The notes under the pieces were generated by a model. It made no database searches and was not told where the DNA came from. It worked only from the letters and a program-made list of their open reading frames with translations. From Diadema antillarum (Eukaryota): a stretch of DNA of 64,000 nucleotides. The stretch is taken from the NCBI RefSeq assembly GCF_040938485.1, contig NW_027270922.1, positions 2,542,001-2,606,000 of the forward strand, written 5' to 3'. This document shows positions 1-13,371 of this stretch, in pieces; the stretch's first letter is position 1; every line of letters starts with the position of its first letter. A program made the translations under genes and the position numbers.

Positions 1-2496
1 GGCATATCCCTTCCGCCATTTGCTTTTGTTCTTTAATGTGTTTTATGAAAGTGGTAAATGAAATGAAGATGAAACATCGCACAGTCGCAAAATAAAGAAA
101 GTAAGTGCCGCTTAAAGATATAAGGTCATCTCAGACTTGCCGTTAGTTGTATTCATTGCATTTTTTGCATGAAAGTAGGTTTCCCTGACAACAAAATATC
201 GATGACGTAATAATTATTGTAAATTAGAGGCCGAAATGGAAAAGCATAAGATGATCAAAATGGGTTGGAATCTTGGCTGCTAGGTCAAGAAAGATTTTCA
301 ATGTGTCAGCGAGCTCATGAATGGTGTTGTGAACGACGTTTAGTAACAATTACGTTTAAAAAGAATATGTCAAACGGATTTTGATAATTTCTTCTTTTAG
401 ACAAAAGTCAATGAGATTATAACTTGGGTAAACTGACAATGAATAGTGCAGCGAATCTATTTCTACTGCGTTGCTTATTAGACATGAGCATGTCATTTTT
501 GTTTGATCTACACAAGGTTTTCCCTTGTATAATTGAGGAAGTAGGTTAACTTATCAGTAAAGTGCCGGAAAAGCAAAGTTATTCACATCGTAAAGATTTT
601 GAAGTTAAACAAACGTTGACATTCAGCCAACACAAGGTTTGCGATGAAAATACGAGTTCTTTTATTTCTTGAGACCTATTACGGTGACTCCACTGCATTT
701 TAAGGCATTGTCGTAAACCTTATATATTGTTGTTCTTTAGTCTCTCCGTCAAATGCCACCGAATGGGAAGACATCTGTCGATCGGAGACCTACTGCCGGA
801 CACAAACTCTACCGCTAACCTTCCATCTCCCCCTCTCTGTTTCTCTTCCTCCCATTCTCTATCTCTCGCTTTTATTTAACTTTTCTTTGATTATTATCCG
901 GAGGCCCGGATAATCGAGGTCCTATCTACTGTATTTCGTATACGCTTATTGTTTTACGTCTCTGTTCTTCTTCTCTTTATAATGATATGACGATAAGATA
1001 ACAGTTTATTTTGTTCATATCATAACGCAATTACCGCCAGGCCAATCCATTCATATTTGGATCACTGCGTTATAGTTCATATAGGGCTCTGAACAAACAG
1101 GAGAATTCTCGGTTCGAATCCCATGTCTGGATCTCTTGACGTTGGTGTGTGAAATGTGTGACATGACTTTAGTAATATCAGCGAAGATGTACTGATAGAA
1201 GGGCGTTCTGGAGGAACCAAACTGGGCGTAACATGTGTTAGATATCTAAAAGTATTACATGCGCGAACACGATATGTGAGGCCCCACTCATGTCCAGACT
1301 ATACACAGAAAAGCCGTCTGCTCCATTTTTATCAGCGTGTTAGTGATAAATACACAATCTGAGTTCCATCTCTCCAAATAGCGTCATCCCAGCTGGCTTA
1401 TCATGATGACTTCACTTCCTACATGTTTTATTGAAACGACAATTCATTGCTGCCATTTCATTTGTACCACTGTGTTCCGCAAATGGGATACCAGAGATAA
1501 TGTATCGTATTATGTATGAAACGTGACGATCATGAAAGATGCATGAAATAAACCGCTATAGTGCTGCAGCAGAAGGTAGATATAATCATCATAGGATATA
1601 TTTCTCGTTATCTTAATGATCCAATGACAACGATCCTGACGATTTTTCTACTTGCAGCCATGGTGACCTGTTCAAGCCAAGCTCGGACTGAAATTGGTTG
1701 CCGCAGATGCATCGAGATTATCATGATCATTTTAGCACACTGTGGGATAGTCCGTCAAATTGGTCCAAAGAGATCACACCACATCACCAATCGGTATTGA
1801 CTCAAATAGGACTTTTTTTTTCCTTTGCGACGATGTCACGTTGAACCATTTGCAATGATGAGAGTAGGTGTCCCTGATAGCCTGATTCTAAAGTCGCGTC
1901 TGACATGGAAGATTAGATGAGACAAGAGCTTGTATGTGTTATACTACAGCCAGATTGTTTTCATAGACTAATCGTGTGAGGTTGTTAAAAATGTGAAATC
2001 GATGACAAGAAGAGAAAATAATCCCTTTTCCCGATATTTTTGTTTTCTTGACACGAGAGTTTATCTTTTTTCTTCTTTAATTATTTCAACATATATGTAG
2101 GCAGGATAACAAGTTCATCAGGCGAGTGCTGTTTTAAATCGAGGTCTTGTACAATCAAATATATGAATATAAAATCACATTACATGATTTTGGTCTGAAA
2201 AAAAAACAACACTACAAACAAACAATCAAGATTTTAAAGGAGCAAAACGTCCAGTTGAAATCAGTAATAATCGGAAGTAGGAAATGACAAAACAATGTGG
2301 CCAAAAAGCTGTACTAAAACAGCAATTAAAAATGGTATATGATATACAATCAAACTGTTTGCGTACAATATGAGCTTAAAAACTCTGTCAGAAGGAACTT
2401 GAATTCACAAGCCTATAAAATAAAAAAACAAAAATAGGAAAGCAAAAATTGATATTCCATACAATTCATATCTCCTTGATCAAAGCGTCAAAAGTG

Positions 2497-3141
2497 TATG
2501 TGACCGTGCATCACAAAACGAACAAAAAGTTCGCACGCGTTGATTTTGTTTGAGGACTGAAAAACAGGTGAAATGGGTCAAGCTAGCTAATTTTTAGTTT
2601 TTCACATTTTATGAAAGTGTGAATCTTCCTCTTTGTTCTGCTTAAGTTTGGGATCATAAAACAGGCAGGAAATTTTGTTTTTTTTTTTCTTGAGCATTTT
2701 TTTGTAGAATAATATGTATGATAAGGTGTGTCTTTAAGAGTCCCCTTTCCATTTCTTAAAAACCCTTTCCAAACTCTCAACTTTCAACTCTGGTAATTTA
2801 AGAAAAGTTATCATGGACAAAGGGTGTTGATAAAGCATGCCTAATTTCAGCTTAATCTGATAATCCCTTCATTGTTGTTGCTCCGATGGTCTACATCCTA
2901 TTTTTTGTCACAGCTAGCACGGCTTGGTAAAGATTAAGCACATGAATAGACACTATACCATGCTTCAGAGCCTCTTTTCTCAGTTCACACTTTCTTTCCA
3001 ATATTAGATAAGTTAGGAGAGTCCATTTGAACTGAGATATACATCATTTTCAAGCTTGGAGTCTGCTCTTTCAGAATCTGCCCTTAACTTAAAATATATG
3101 TCTCGCGACTTTTTGCTGGTTTTGTGATGTAGGGTCACATA
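2497..3141. mobile_element. Non-autonomous DNA transposon (MITE) with ~40-bp TIRs and TA ends
   Basis: Left end tatgtgaccgtgcatcacaaaacgaacaaaaagt; right end reverse-complemented tatgtgaccctacatcacaaaaccagcaaaaagt. Confidence 0.75.
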
Positions 3142-3853
3142 TTCTAAAGGGTACTTTTGGCTTGAAATTCAAGGAAATGCGTCACTTGACATGTGTATTT
3201 CGATCACGTTGACATTTATGGCGTTGTCGATTATCATGTAGTTTGATGAACAGCATATTTCTTGGAGAAGCACAGTTATTCTCGTGGCCCTATTCAACAA
3301 TTCATATTTGGCTTTCTTTGAAATGGCGAGGAACATTCGAGACATATCTAACTGTACACCTGCCACCATGTGACCACAGTATGATTCTCATTCTTCCATG
3401 ATTTCAAATCGTATGCCCCATTATACTTGCTTTCATTCTCACTGCGTCCTCTTTAATCTTCCTCGATCTGCCTATATTAGCAAGAATCGAGAACATTACC
3501 CGGAAAGATAGCACCTTGATATGGAACTAGTTTTCTGTCTTGTGGGACATGCTGTCTTTTCTGGCAATTAGATAAAGAATGACAAGACAAATAAACGAAC
3601 ACCGACTAAAGAAGCGGTCAACTTTGGAATAGTCCTTCGTCTCATGGCAAGGAAAGATGGTGCAACGCCAAGCCTTAATTTTGTATTCAGAGGTTGAATT
3701 CATGATTGATTATTACGACGAACAATCAGTGTGTAACTCGTGTGGAGAGACGATGTGTAATCTTGTTTGCAGTTTCGTCCCTGCTGGATATGATGTGAAT
3801 GTAAAGAGGAGCCGAAAATTACTTGTCAGCCACCGATTTACAGTGGACACTAT

Positions 3854-4410
3854 AGGGCTTTTTACACTTGTGTTTCTTAACCCCGGACTTTCTCTGACCC
3901 AGGACTATCGTTAGTCCCGTACCAATTTTTTCAGCTTTTTACACTCGCCAATTAGTCCCGTACTATCTCTTGTCCGGGGCTAAGGAGAAAACTGACCTTT
4001 TTACACTCATATTTCTTAGCCCCGGACTTTCCTAACCACATGAATATTCATAATTACGCTGTGTACTGTACACGTACACGCACGCACCGGCAGCACTTGA
4101 TTACCTCGTTTCTGATTGGTCAGTGAGGGTCGGACTTCGTCTCCGTCGCTTAGCCCAGGATTTTTTTTTTCGTTCTGTTTACACTCACTTGCTTGGCACC
4201 GCAATTGCGGTGCTAACCCCTGCTATTTTGCAGGGCCAGATAGTACCGTACTATCGGTGGGGCTAGCCCACTTTGGCAAAAACGAGTGTAAACAGAAAGT
4301 GGGCTAAGGATAGTCCCGTACCAACGATGGGGCTAAGGCCCCCCCCCCCCCCCCCTTAGCCCCACCGTTGGTCCGGGGCTAAGCAAAAATTTACAAGTGT
4401 AAAAAGCCCT
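3854..4410. mobile_element. PIF/Harbinger-like MITE
   Basis: Perfect 18-bp TIR agggctttttacacttgt / acaagtgtaaaaagccct, 3-bp TAT duplication on both sides, and internal repeats of ttagccccggac/gggctaag in both orientations. Confidence 0.85.
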
Positions 4411-6040
4411 TATAAAACGTGAAGAGTAAGAGCAAGGGGAGCAATTTGGGATGATAATAGTGATACTCCTTCAAAGCATGAACACTGATCATTACCTGGA
4501 AAACACTCAGAGCAATCAGAAATGGAATTTAAAATATCAACATTAACATTCCATAGATCCGTGCTTTTCAGCCGTTTTCAACCTTGACGTTCAATTGGCT
4601 ACTACAATTTGTTATTTTGATTTTGACACCCAGTTAGATCACATATCAATATATATATTTTTTTTGCCGACCTTTGCGGCCAACTGGTTAAAGCGCGACT
4701 ATACAGAGGAACACTTACACTCTTGGAATATTGAATTCATATTAACCTTCATTATCACTGGTAAATAAACATGAGTGAACAAGTTGAGCATGCCAAAACC
4801 TCCAGGCCACTGATTCCTCAAAGTTACGTGCAAAAATTAACAAATAGATAAAATTTTATCAAAATTCAACATCGCCTATATCAGATGAATCGTGTTTTAA
4901 CGAGCAAAATCGATCGCACAGACAAATACTATTGAATTCGACGTCAGTAATGGTCGACATAACCCATACAATGTGATTACTTGATTTTCGATAGCGATTT
5001 GGCAGATCCAATAAGTTGTAAATTATCGGCAAATTTCCAGGGCTGTACATAAAATGGCTGAGCAAGAAATCATAAGTAGCAAAGAAGAGCAGATACATGT
5101 ACACATCCATGAACAGGAATTCATAAAAGATATGACATACACGTGATATCGTCATGAAGTCTAGTCGTGGCGCAGTAGCAGTGTACACAAGCGAAACTAA
5201 TCTTACACCTCCCTTCTCTACCCTATTCCCCTTCTCCATCACAACCCTATATATAAAGGAGCAACATTTGGTAATTTTGTGCGCTCCTGCGCTCCCCCCT
5301 CTCTCACATATTAAATATCAAAATCTATAAATGCAGATGTTCCGTAGATCATTGTGGTGTGCGTGTTGATTATTGTGCTTCGTCAGAATTGTTCCAAGAC
5401 GACTGTTAAGCAGAAGCTTGTAGAAAGCGTCCACACTAGTTTGGCGTCAACTCTGCGGAACTACGAAAAAAATAATAGATAATGAGATACAAGGACTTAA
5501 GATAGAGTCTTTAAAACGTCAGTTGGCTTTGGACATCTCACGCAAGTGAAGTGGGCCTATTATTGGCCGTCGGAAGTTGCTTTAACTCGCCGGGCTAAGA
5601 GCTTTTCTCCGGCAGCGTCATTCTAAATCATCGATCCTGTACATTTTGCACTTGTCGGTAGGTCAGCCGAGGCGACCATCAAGTCGGAGAGATTTCGTAC
5701 GGAAGAGTGCGCGCCTCACACGCTTGGATTCCTCCCCACGCTTTGCACGCGAGGATCAATATTGATGACCGCAAGATTTGTATAATATGGAAGAAAAAAT
5801 ATCACATTATCAACTTATGAATGAGAGCGTCATTTCATTCATGACCGGAGCTATCAATCTGCTTCTTTAATTTGTAAACGCATTATGTATATCTAAAATT
5901 TTTATGGTAATTCCGTTCCAGAAAAAGAAGATGTTCATTGTCTGACGACATTTAATAATCTAGTTTCCTTCTGTTGTGATGACCATGTAATCATGTCTCA
6001 GTTTTATTTTGCCGGTTTATTGGATGAAATGTGGGGGGAA

Positions 6041-6072
<32 letters not shown>

Positions 6073-6083
6073 ACACACACACA
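6041..6083. repeat. (CA)n microsatellite
   Basis: Direct inspection. Similar tracts occur at 10676-10703, 13305-13377, 20441-20506 and 61775-61818. Confidence 0.95.
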
Positions 6084-6969
6084 CAAACCAAAACACATTG
6101 AACTGAAAATGCCAAGTGTCTTTTGTATGTACATGTATATATCTATATACAATAATACATTCACTGATCAGAGTAGTAACGAATATTACGAGGGTGAAAT
6201 TTATCAAAATAATGATTTTTTCCCCGAATATGTGGAAGAGGTAAACCTCCCCCAAAAGTTAACATTGACCATAATAATGATTTTATGGAAAGATCATCAT
6301 TCTATATGTGTCACTGGTAAAAGCGTTTGTAGATTGGATCGTGGTAAATTAGTGCACATTTAAAATGCAAACAATCAAACAAACAAACAAACAAACAAAC
6401 AAACAAACAAATAAACAGACCGACAGAGATGTAAAAGTTTCACTGAATCGTACTCAAAATTAGAAAATTTATTACTTGTTAAGGTGTAACATGTCTCTGC
6501 GAAATGCTGCTTTAAGCTCAAAGCAAATTATTCAAAGAAGTATAAGTGAGTGCATATAACGATATCATATGATTTCACGACTTTTGCAATCAAAATGCAG
6601 GTCCTGGCTTCTGCAAGTTTTGTAAAGTTTGTCATGCAGTTCTGCCCTAGCATTACTTTAAAACTGATTTAATCTGTAGACCTATACCACTATCGTGACT
6701 ATGCATTGTCGTTGCAACAGTGAATGAATATACGTTATATAATTAGCGTTTGAGTGCAAAAACAGAAAAACGCAATCTTCAAAGATTTTCACTAAGGTCA
6801 TCATCAGATAGAGAAACATAAAATTTCTTCAATGCTACTGAACTGGTCAGGTAACAAGAAATATATTTGAGTATATCACAATTATGGCATAATATAGCTA
6901 TTATGATAATTTTCTTCATTTTCAGCAGATTCAATCTGAATTTTCTCAAGCAAATAAACGTGGATGTAT

Positions 6970-7310
6970 CTCAATTCAATTCAATACAATTCAGTTATTT
7001 TCATACTCTTCATTTATGAATATTACATCAGAAATAATAATACACGTTCTTTTACCTTGTAAACAATGTGCAAAAACAAACAATGTACATGGCAATAACA
7101 CAGCAATTGTAATGATAACTGGGCTCTGACATATGAAGAGTTAAAATTGATTATATAGTTGATAGCAAATGTGCGTTTATGGCAGCCTGTGTGGTAAGAA
7201 ATTTGAATTGGTTTTATCTTTCGATAAAACGGAGCCTTGGTCTAAATCGAAAAGGGGGATGACCAAAGAGACGTATCACGGACCTACATGAAAGCATGGA
7301 TGTATCTGTT
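6970..7310 (-). mobile_element. Decayed LINE 3' end
   Basis: (TTGAA)n tail on the minus strand at ~6972-6995; weak ORF2-end-like residue (FHVGP) near 7290. Confidence 0.4.
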
Positions 7311-8594
7311 TTGGCATCTAGGCTCTTGTATGCATGTATGGTGTCTGTGTGTGTTGTTACGAGTCTTGTATATATTAAAGTGCATACATGTTTATAGATA
7401 AGTAGCGACAGTTCCCTGTCTTTGACTTTCATAGACGTGCCGGCATATACGACAATCTGGCTGCCCTGGTTGTGTTAATAACCTCTACTAGTGCTACATC
7501 AAAGATAGATATAGACCCGTTTAGTCACAGGTTGTTTTCTTTTCTTTTACTCTACAATATCCTACCTGCATTCTTTACCAGTCATCGTCTGAGAGGGAAG
7601 GAGCTCATATCAAATATCCCAAACTGGAGAGATCATGGTATCAACAAACACTCCTTGAAAATACTTCTGCGGGCTTGAACGAACCAGCGCATCCGCAAGT
7701 CAGAATCACTTATTTGACGAAAACACAAGAGAGCGTCAAGTTCTTTCATGCGACGTCGATTTCGCACAATTTCTACATTACAAAAGAAGACGCAAATTAT
7801 ACATGGATGTAATCTCAAGCAAGAGACCATACCGCCAACAAGCAAACACGAACACTATAAAATAGGACTAGGGAAATATAGGATTGTAGTGCTCAAGTTA
7901 CATCGTAACATTGAGCGTCTACGTGATTGTTGTCGCATTCAATATAATCCTTTATGATATATCACCGTAAGAGAAAAAGACACATAGCAATCTAAAACAG
8001 ACGCACGAATCTATTCGAGAACAACCAGATGAACACGAGACTTTTTTCAATATTGTTCAAGGGCGGAAGAAGGCAGGAGAAACATGCAGAAAAATACCTT
8101 ATAGAAGAAATCTGGAAATAATAAGATCAATGATTACAAAATCACTATGCCGGGCGGCAAAAGAAGAGGAAGAGAAAAGACATACATCATAGGAGAGAAG
8201 GAACGCTTATATACCACCTTTTTTTATTACAGTCATGCTCATGCACTCTGGTGAGATGTTTTGAGCAGACAGACTTGTGTTTATATTATGAATCTCAGTG
8301 TTGCCATTTTATATTCACCATTTTGTTTTTTTCTCTCCCCGATGTTTTGTATTGTAATTCTTGGTCATTAGCAACATTAACAGCATTGCTACCTTACTTC
8401 TCGTGGCTCTTCTTGTGTCATTATTATCATCAGTTCAGATATTTTTATATCAATCTTTTCATAGATAAAAATTATCATTAGTGCTTTCATCAGCATCACG
8501 ATTATTACTCTCATAACCATCCTCATTCTGAGTAGAGCTGACTTGTATCAAACAGTGTTTCCAAATTGATAAGTGTAAGTTGTTGCACTCTCTA

Positions 8595-8872
8595 CCCTGC
8601 TGAAAGAACACAGTGTCCCACAGTGTGTTCACAATGTGAGTGTATACTCGTCCATGTGAAAACGCTCGAATTTAACAGTGTGAAGTTGATTTCACACTTT
8701 GGTGTGTGGTTTTTCAGTGAGTGTCCACACAGTAATGTTCTATTTCACACTGTGTTCACAATGTTAAATCGCTTGAATATAACAATGTGAAGAGATTTCA
8801 CTCTGTTTTCACACTGTGTTTCACGTTAGTGTGTTCACTCTGTGGAACACTGTCTTCTTTCCAGCATCAGGG
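8595..8872. mobile_element. MITE with TIRs and internal cacagtgtg/cacactgtg repeats, abutting a gap
   Basis: Left end ta-ccctgctgaaagaacacagtgtcccacag; right end reverse-complemented ccctgatgctggaaagaagacagtgttccacag. Confidence 0.65.
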
Positions 8873-9040
8873 NNNNNNNNNNNNNNNNNNNNNNNNNNNN
8901 NNNNNNNNNNNNNNNNNNNNNNNNNNNNNNNNNNNNNNNNNNNNNNNNNNNNNNNNNNNNNNNNNNNNNNNNNNNNNNNNNNNNNNNNNNNNNNNNNNNN
9001 NNNNNNNNNNNNNNNNNNNNNNNNNNNNNNNNNNNNNNNN
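8873..9040. other. Assembly gap (N run)
   Basis: 168 N. Confidence 1.
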
Positions 9041-10125
9041 TATACTGCCAGGATGGCGCTGACATGGTGTGAACGTATGTCAAGCTACCGGTATAGTGAA
9101 AAATGAGGCTGACATGATTGTTCCATGCTTCAGAGAAGTCTAAAGTGTGATTGACAGAATTTCATATAATAATTTAGACAGTAGTGTTATGATAAAACTG
9201 TCCAACAGCAGACAACAAGTTTCAAGAGTTTTTAAATGTTCGAGTGTTCAATCATATTCATTTCAACATTATAAGTAAGCTAAGTGAGCAAAGATTGATA
9301 TTTTGTCTTCAAACTAATGTCTCACAAAGTTAGACAATGTCATTAAGATTAAAGAAGGTAAATGACAAGAGTGGGCAAAACAGATGGTCACTTGGGATCG
9401 ATGTCTTTTTCACAGTTCGCTTGTATCGCTCTCCGTGTTACCACCTCACTGTCTCCCAGGTCTGAAACCAGCATGCTCGAGATCATTGCTCAAGTGATAC
9501 TTTTTTGCTCCCCAGAGATTACTCGATTTATAATGAGGCTAAAGGGTTTTCTATAGAGACCATCATTTGACAGATGTAGTAATGAAATGGGTTGGTGGAT
9601 GGGAAGGGGGGGAGGGGTGAAGTTGTACTCAACATGTTCATGCTGGTAGTGTCAAGCGTTATAAATTACTTCCCAAGTATACTTGAATGCTATCGTATAA
9701 CATGTGGTTTCTCATGTCTATGAGTTTATTACCTATACGTGTACAATAAGATATAAGTGTTAGAATTGTTCAATGATACTTCCATACTCATACTACCCTG
9801 GCAAATCTTTTGAGTATTCTTCGAGAGAAAAGCAATCGTTAGTTGTAAAAATCAAATCTAAGCAGAGAATGTTCCAATGAGAAAATCTGAAAACGGCTAT
9901 AAATCAGCGAAGGAGGTCGTTTGCGGAACTGCACCCACATTCTATTTTAAACCGTTAAGGGCAAAACAACATTCAAAATCTCTACCATACAACCACGGAT
10001 CACATCAATATTCCTACCAGAAAAAAAAAAGAAAACACCAGCCGATTTTAGAGAAGTGTAAAGCCAGACGACTACACTTACCAATAGTCATTCTTATCTA
10101 AAGACCGTAACTTAGATGTTGATAG

Positions 10126-10299
10126 TATACAAATATTGACTTGCTACAGAGGGAGATGGTAAAACTATTTGCACCGAGGTGATTTCTCAACAGTGCTATG
10201 CCCCGAGACGAAGTTGAGGGGCATGGCACTGTTGAGAAATCACCGAGGGCAAATAGTTTTGCCATGACCCGAAAGAAAGCAGTCGATATTTGTTTTATA
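10126..10299. repeat. Palindromic (fold-back) repeat, ~175 bp
   Basis: Inner 27-bp stem 10178-10204 / 10218-10244 with one G-T and loop gagacgaagttga; outer arms are imperfectly complementary. Confidence 0.85.
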
Positions 10300-10676
10300 T
10301 CCCTCTCGAAACATTTTACTAGAGTGATGACAAGGTTCCCTTTTGGAAACCGATAGCGCCGTGGTAGTGCAGCAGTACAATCTGCATGCAGCGCGTAGCG
10401 AACGACACCACTGCGCTGTATCCCTGTATGTATAGGCCACCGTTGTTGATTCCTACCAGCCTACACAGCGTAGAACTCCGAGAGAAGGAGGTCCAGGACT
10501 AGATGTAGCCTAAAGCGACATCGTTAACCAGATCATCCTCACAAATTGGTTTTAGTTTATTAAGATAATTCCTAAACCGTACCTGATATGTTGTACTTCT
10601 GCTGCAATTTACGAAATTCCTCCGTTACTTTGAAGCAGTCACTTTGTCAATTATTGAGCGGAACTGTCATTGATAT

Positions 10677-10707
<31 letters not shown>

Positions 10708-11345
10708 CATTGCATCACAGATTTCTGTAATGCCATCGGCACCGGCACCGGCACCGCACTAGCTAGCCATTGTCGCTAGCTAGTATCGCTACTACGCGCA
10801 CTGCGTACATTCTAATGTGAGAAATTTAGATATCGATCACACGATCACGATTGTCGTGCAGATCGTGATTCTCCAAATGTACTATATCACTGCTAGATAG
10901 TAAGCCTTTGCACCGCATCCAGCTGCTCGTAGATAGCTAGTAAAACTACACCCTTTTCGTGCTCTGCAGAAATCATATTGCAAGAAACTTTACATGAGGG
11001 ATATAATGTATCAAAACTTCGTCTCTTATTATATATCTTCATCTTGAATCAGTTCAATAGCTATGATGCTAAGCGGGTGAGGATTGGTGACTACCAAGGT
11101 CTACAATGATAGCAGGGCGTATGTATAGTGCACTCTCGATCCGTTGTAACCTTATAGCCTAATTTTAGACCTGTGATGATCTAATATATACTGAAATTTC
11201 GATGTTAACTTTTTTCCTCCTGTTACTTGTCTTTCAGTAATCTTAGCACATCACCGATTTATCAATCCCGCGCACTACTTTTTTAAAATTCCACTGACAT
11301 TTCACATAGATAAATTGAAAGAGATTACCTATGACAGTCACGGCG

Positions 11346-11735
11346 TTAAAGGCACTGTACAGTACTGGTTTTGGTGGGGATTCATGTTTTGAACATTCTA
11401 AGTGAGATAATGAGAAACCTCTTATGAAATATTAAAGAGCATGTAATTTTAAGAAGGATTCAACGTTTATTTGATGAAATTGGTTTTCAAATGGCTGAGA
11501 TATCCAAAAAAAGTGATAATAATAAAAGACTACAGGCCACGCCTTTTATTAGGATCTCTTTGTTTCACCTTGTTTTTGGATATCTCAGCCATTTCAAAAC
11601 CGATTTTCATCAAATGAACTTGTGATACCCTTAGAATTGCATGCTCTTTGACATCTCATAGAGTGGTTTCTGAATATCTCGCAAAACGTTAAAAGCTAAA
11701 TCCTCACCTCGAGCAGAACTGTACACACCCTTTAA
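11346..11735. mobile_element. TTAA-flanked non-autonomous transposon (Kolobok-like)
   Basis: ttaaaggcactgtacagtactgg...gcagaactgtacacaccctttaa, with an internal inverted block aaatggctgagatatccaaaaa / tttttggatatctcagccattt. Confidence 0.8.
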
Positions 11736-13326
11736 TGAATATCTGCAGTAAAACAAACTTTGTGTTAAGCAGGCCCAATGTTATGTTTGTCTTTCTAATT
11801 CGGTGATCACACATTACCATTAACGTTAGAAATATGTTTTACGGTTTGTGTTCTGTAAATGTATTCAACTGTTTTGTTGTTATCATATTAATGTATCGTC
11901 ATTGAAGAAATTTACAATGGAAATTAATGAAATCAAATGAAATGAAGGGAAATATTGGTCTCTTTCTGTCAAAGTAAAAGCACAGTGAAACAGAATTCTG
12001 TATCTTACACAAATTCCTCTCCTTCAAGCCTCTACCGCTAGTTTGTATTGAAAAAAAGGAGACATATATCTCAAGTCGTTTATTTCATACCAACGCTGCA
12101 AACATGATGAAAACTTGAATTTAGGTGTTTGGATAACCGTCGCGATCGGATTTCTTTAATCACATGCGATAATTTTGCGTGCTTGTTCCTTTTCCCCATC
12201 AGTCTCAAGTTTACACCTATTATTTGACACTTGTATGGGAGAGAAAGCAGGTATAGCAGTTACTCGTGTTTGAAGCTGGAGCACAGAAAGTTGCCACCTC
12301 TATAATACTCCTTCTATCAACATAACTAAAATTCTGTTATCGATGGTGCATTGGAAATAGTCAGATTATATTACTCAAATAATGAGGATGTGCAATCGTG
12401 AATATAGTCATATACATCTTATTAACATCTTATGGTATACCTGAATATACTCATCTTATGATCACATCTTGTAATCGACTCTAATCACAATTATGATAGT
12501 TGTTATTTTCACACTGTCGGTGTCAATGTGTCCCAAAAGGATAGAGAATAAACTTGTGACCATGCAATCACACCCCCTGCAAAAAATAAAGAATAAAACA
12601 ATAAAAATAAAGAATTAAAAGAATGTCGCAACAGTTTGGTCTTGAAGTAAAGGCCTGTAAACATGTCTTGTGAAGTCAACTGAACATTCATTTTGAGGGA
12701 ATTCTTCTCAGAAGAGCTAGTCACCCTCCATGATCAGTACCTGAAGCTGGAAGCTTGCAGCATTATGCAACCATAAAGATGCATAAATGGTGTACATGAA
12801 AACATGACAAAAAACCTTTAAAATGGCGCACCATAAAAGTGATAATTTGGGTAAATGGTTAATTCATGTTGACCTTTGACCTCTGAGCGTACCATGAAAT
12901 TGCAGTGCTTCATTATTGTCTCCTCTCCACTAATTCCTCCATGGAGGTATTCATTATCCGTTTATATATGTTCCGCTTGGCTAGTAATACCTCATGACAT
13001 TGGCGCTGCCATGCGCACACGAAGGAGAGCCAGCAGAATCTTTAAAAAAAAAATGTCAGGGGTTGTCCGTCCCTCCCCGGGACACCTTGCCCACCGATCC
13101 AGGGATGAGAGCCCTTGCACTCTCTTCGCTGTCTACGTCTCGACACACATGCCAAGTGATTGTGCTATTGCTGACTTTGATACTCATGAGTGTCCACCCA
13201 TCAAGACATAATCATAATAGGGTGAAGGTTCTTCTTCTCTTTCTTCTTGTCGGTAGTCTGCTTCCTTCAACCTTGAAAATTCTTGGAACGAACGCGAAGC
13301 AACACATACACACAGACACACACACA

Positions 13327-13371
<45 letters not shown>

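Noticed and set aside
1100-1135. ggttcgaatccc B-box-like motif
   Set aside because: No cloverleaf or clear A box; not a tRNA, possibly a SINE relic.
2060-2496. Possible LINE 3' end on the minus strand next to the MITE
   Set aside because: Only faint peptide and tail resemblance; too decayed to support.
6785-6812. Minus-strand CTGATGA...GAAA
   Set aside because: Neither stem II nor stem I can form.
8787-9106. ORFs crossing N runs (also 16501-16858)
   Set aside because: Assembly-gap artefacts.
12870-12882. TGACCTTTGACCT DR1 nuclear-receptor-like site
   Set aside because: Isolated, far from any supported gene, and common in repeats of such genomes.
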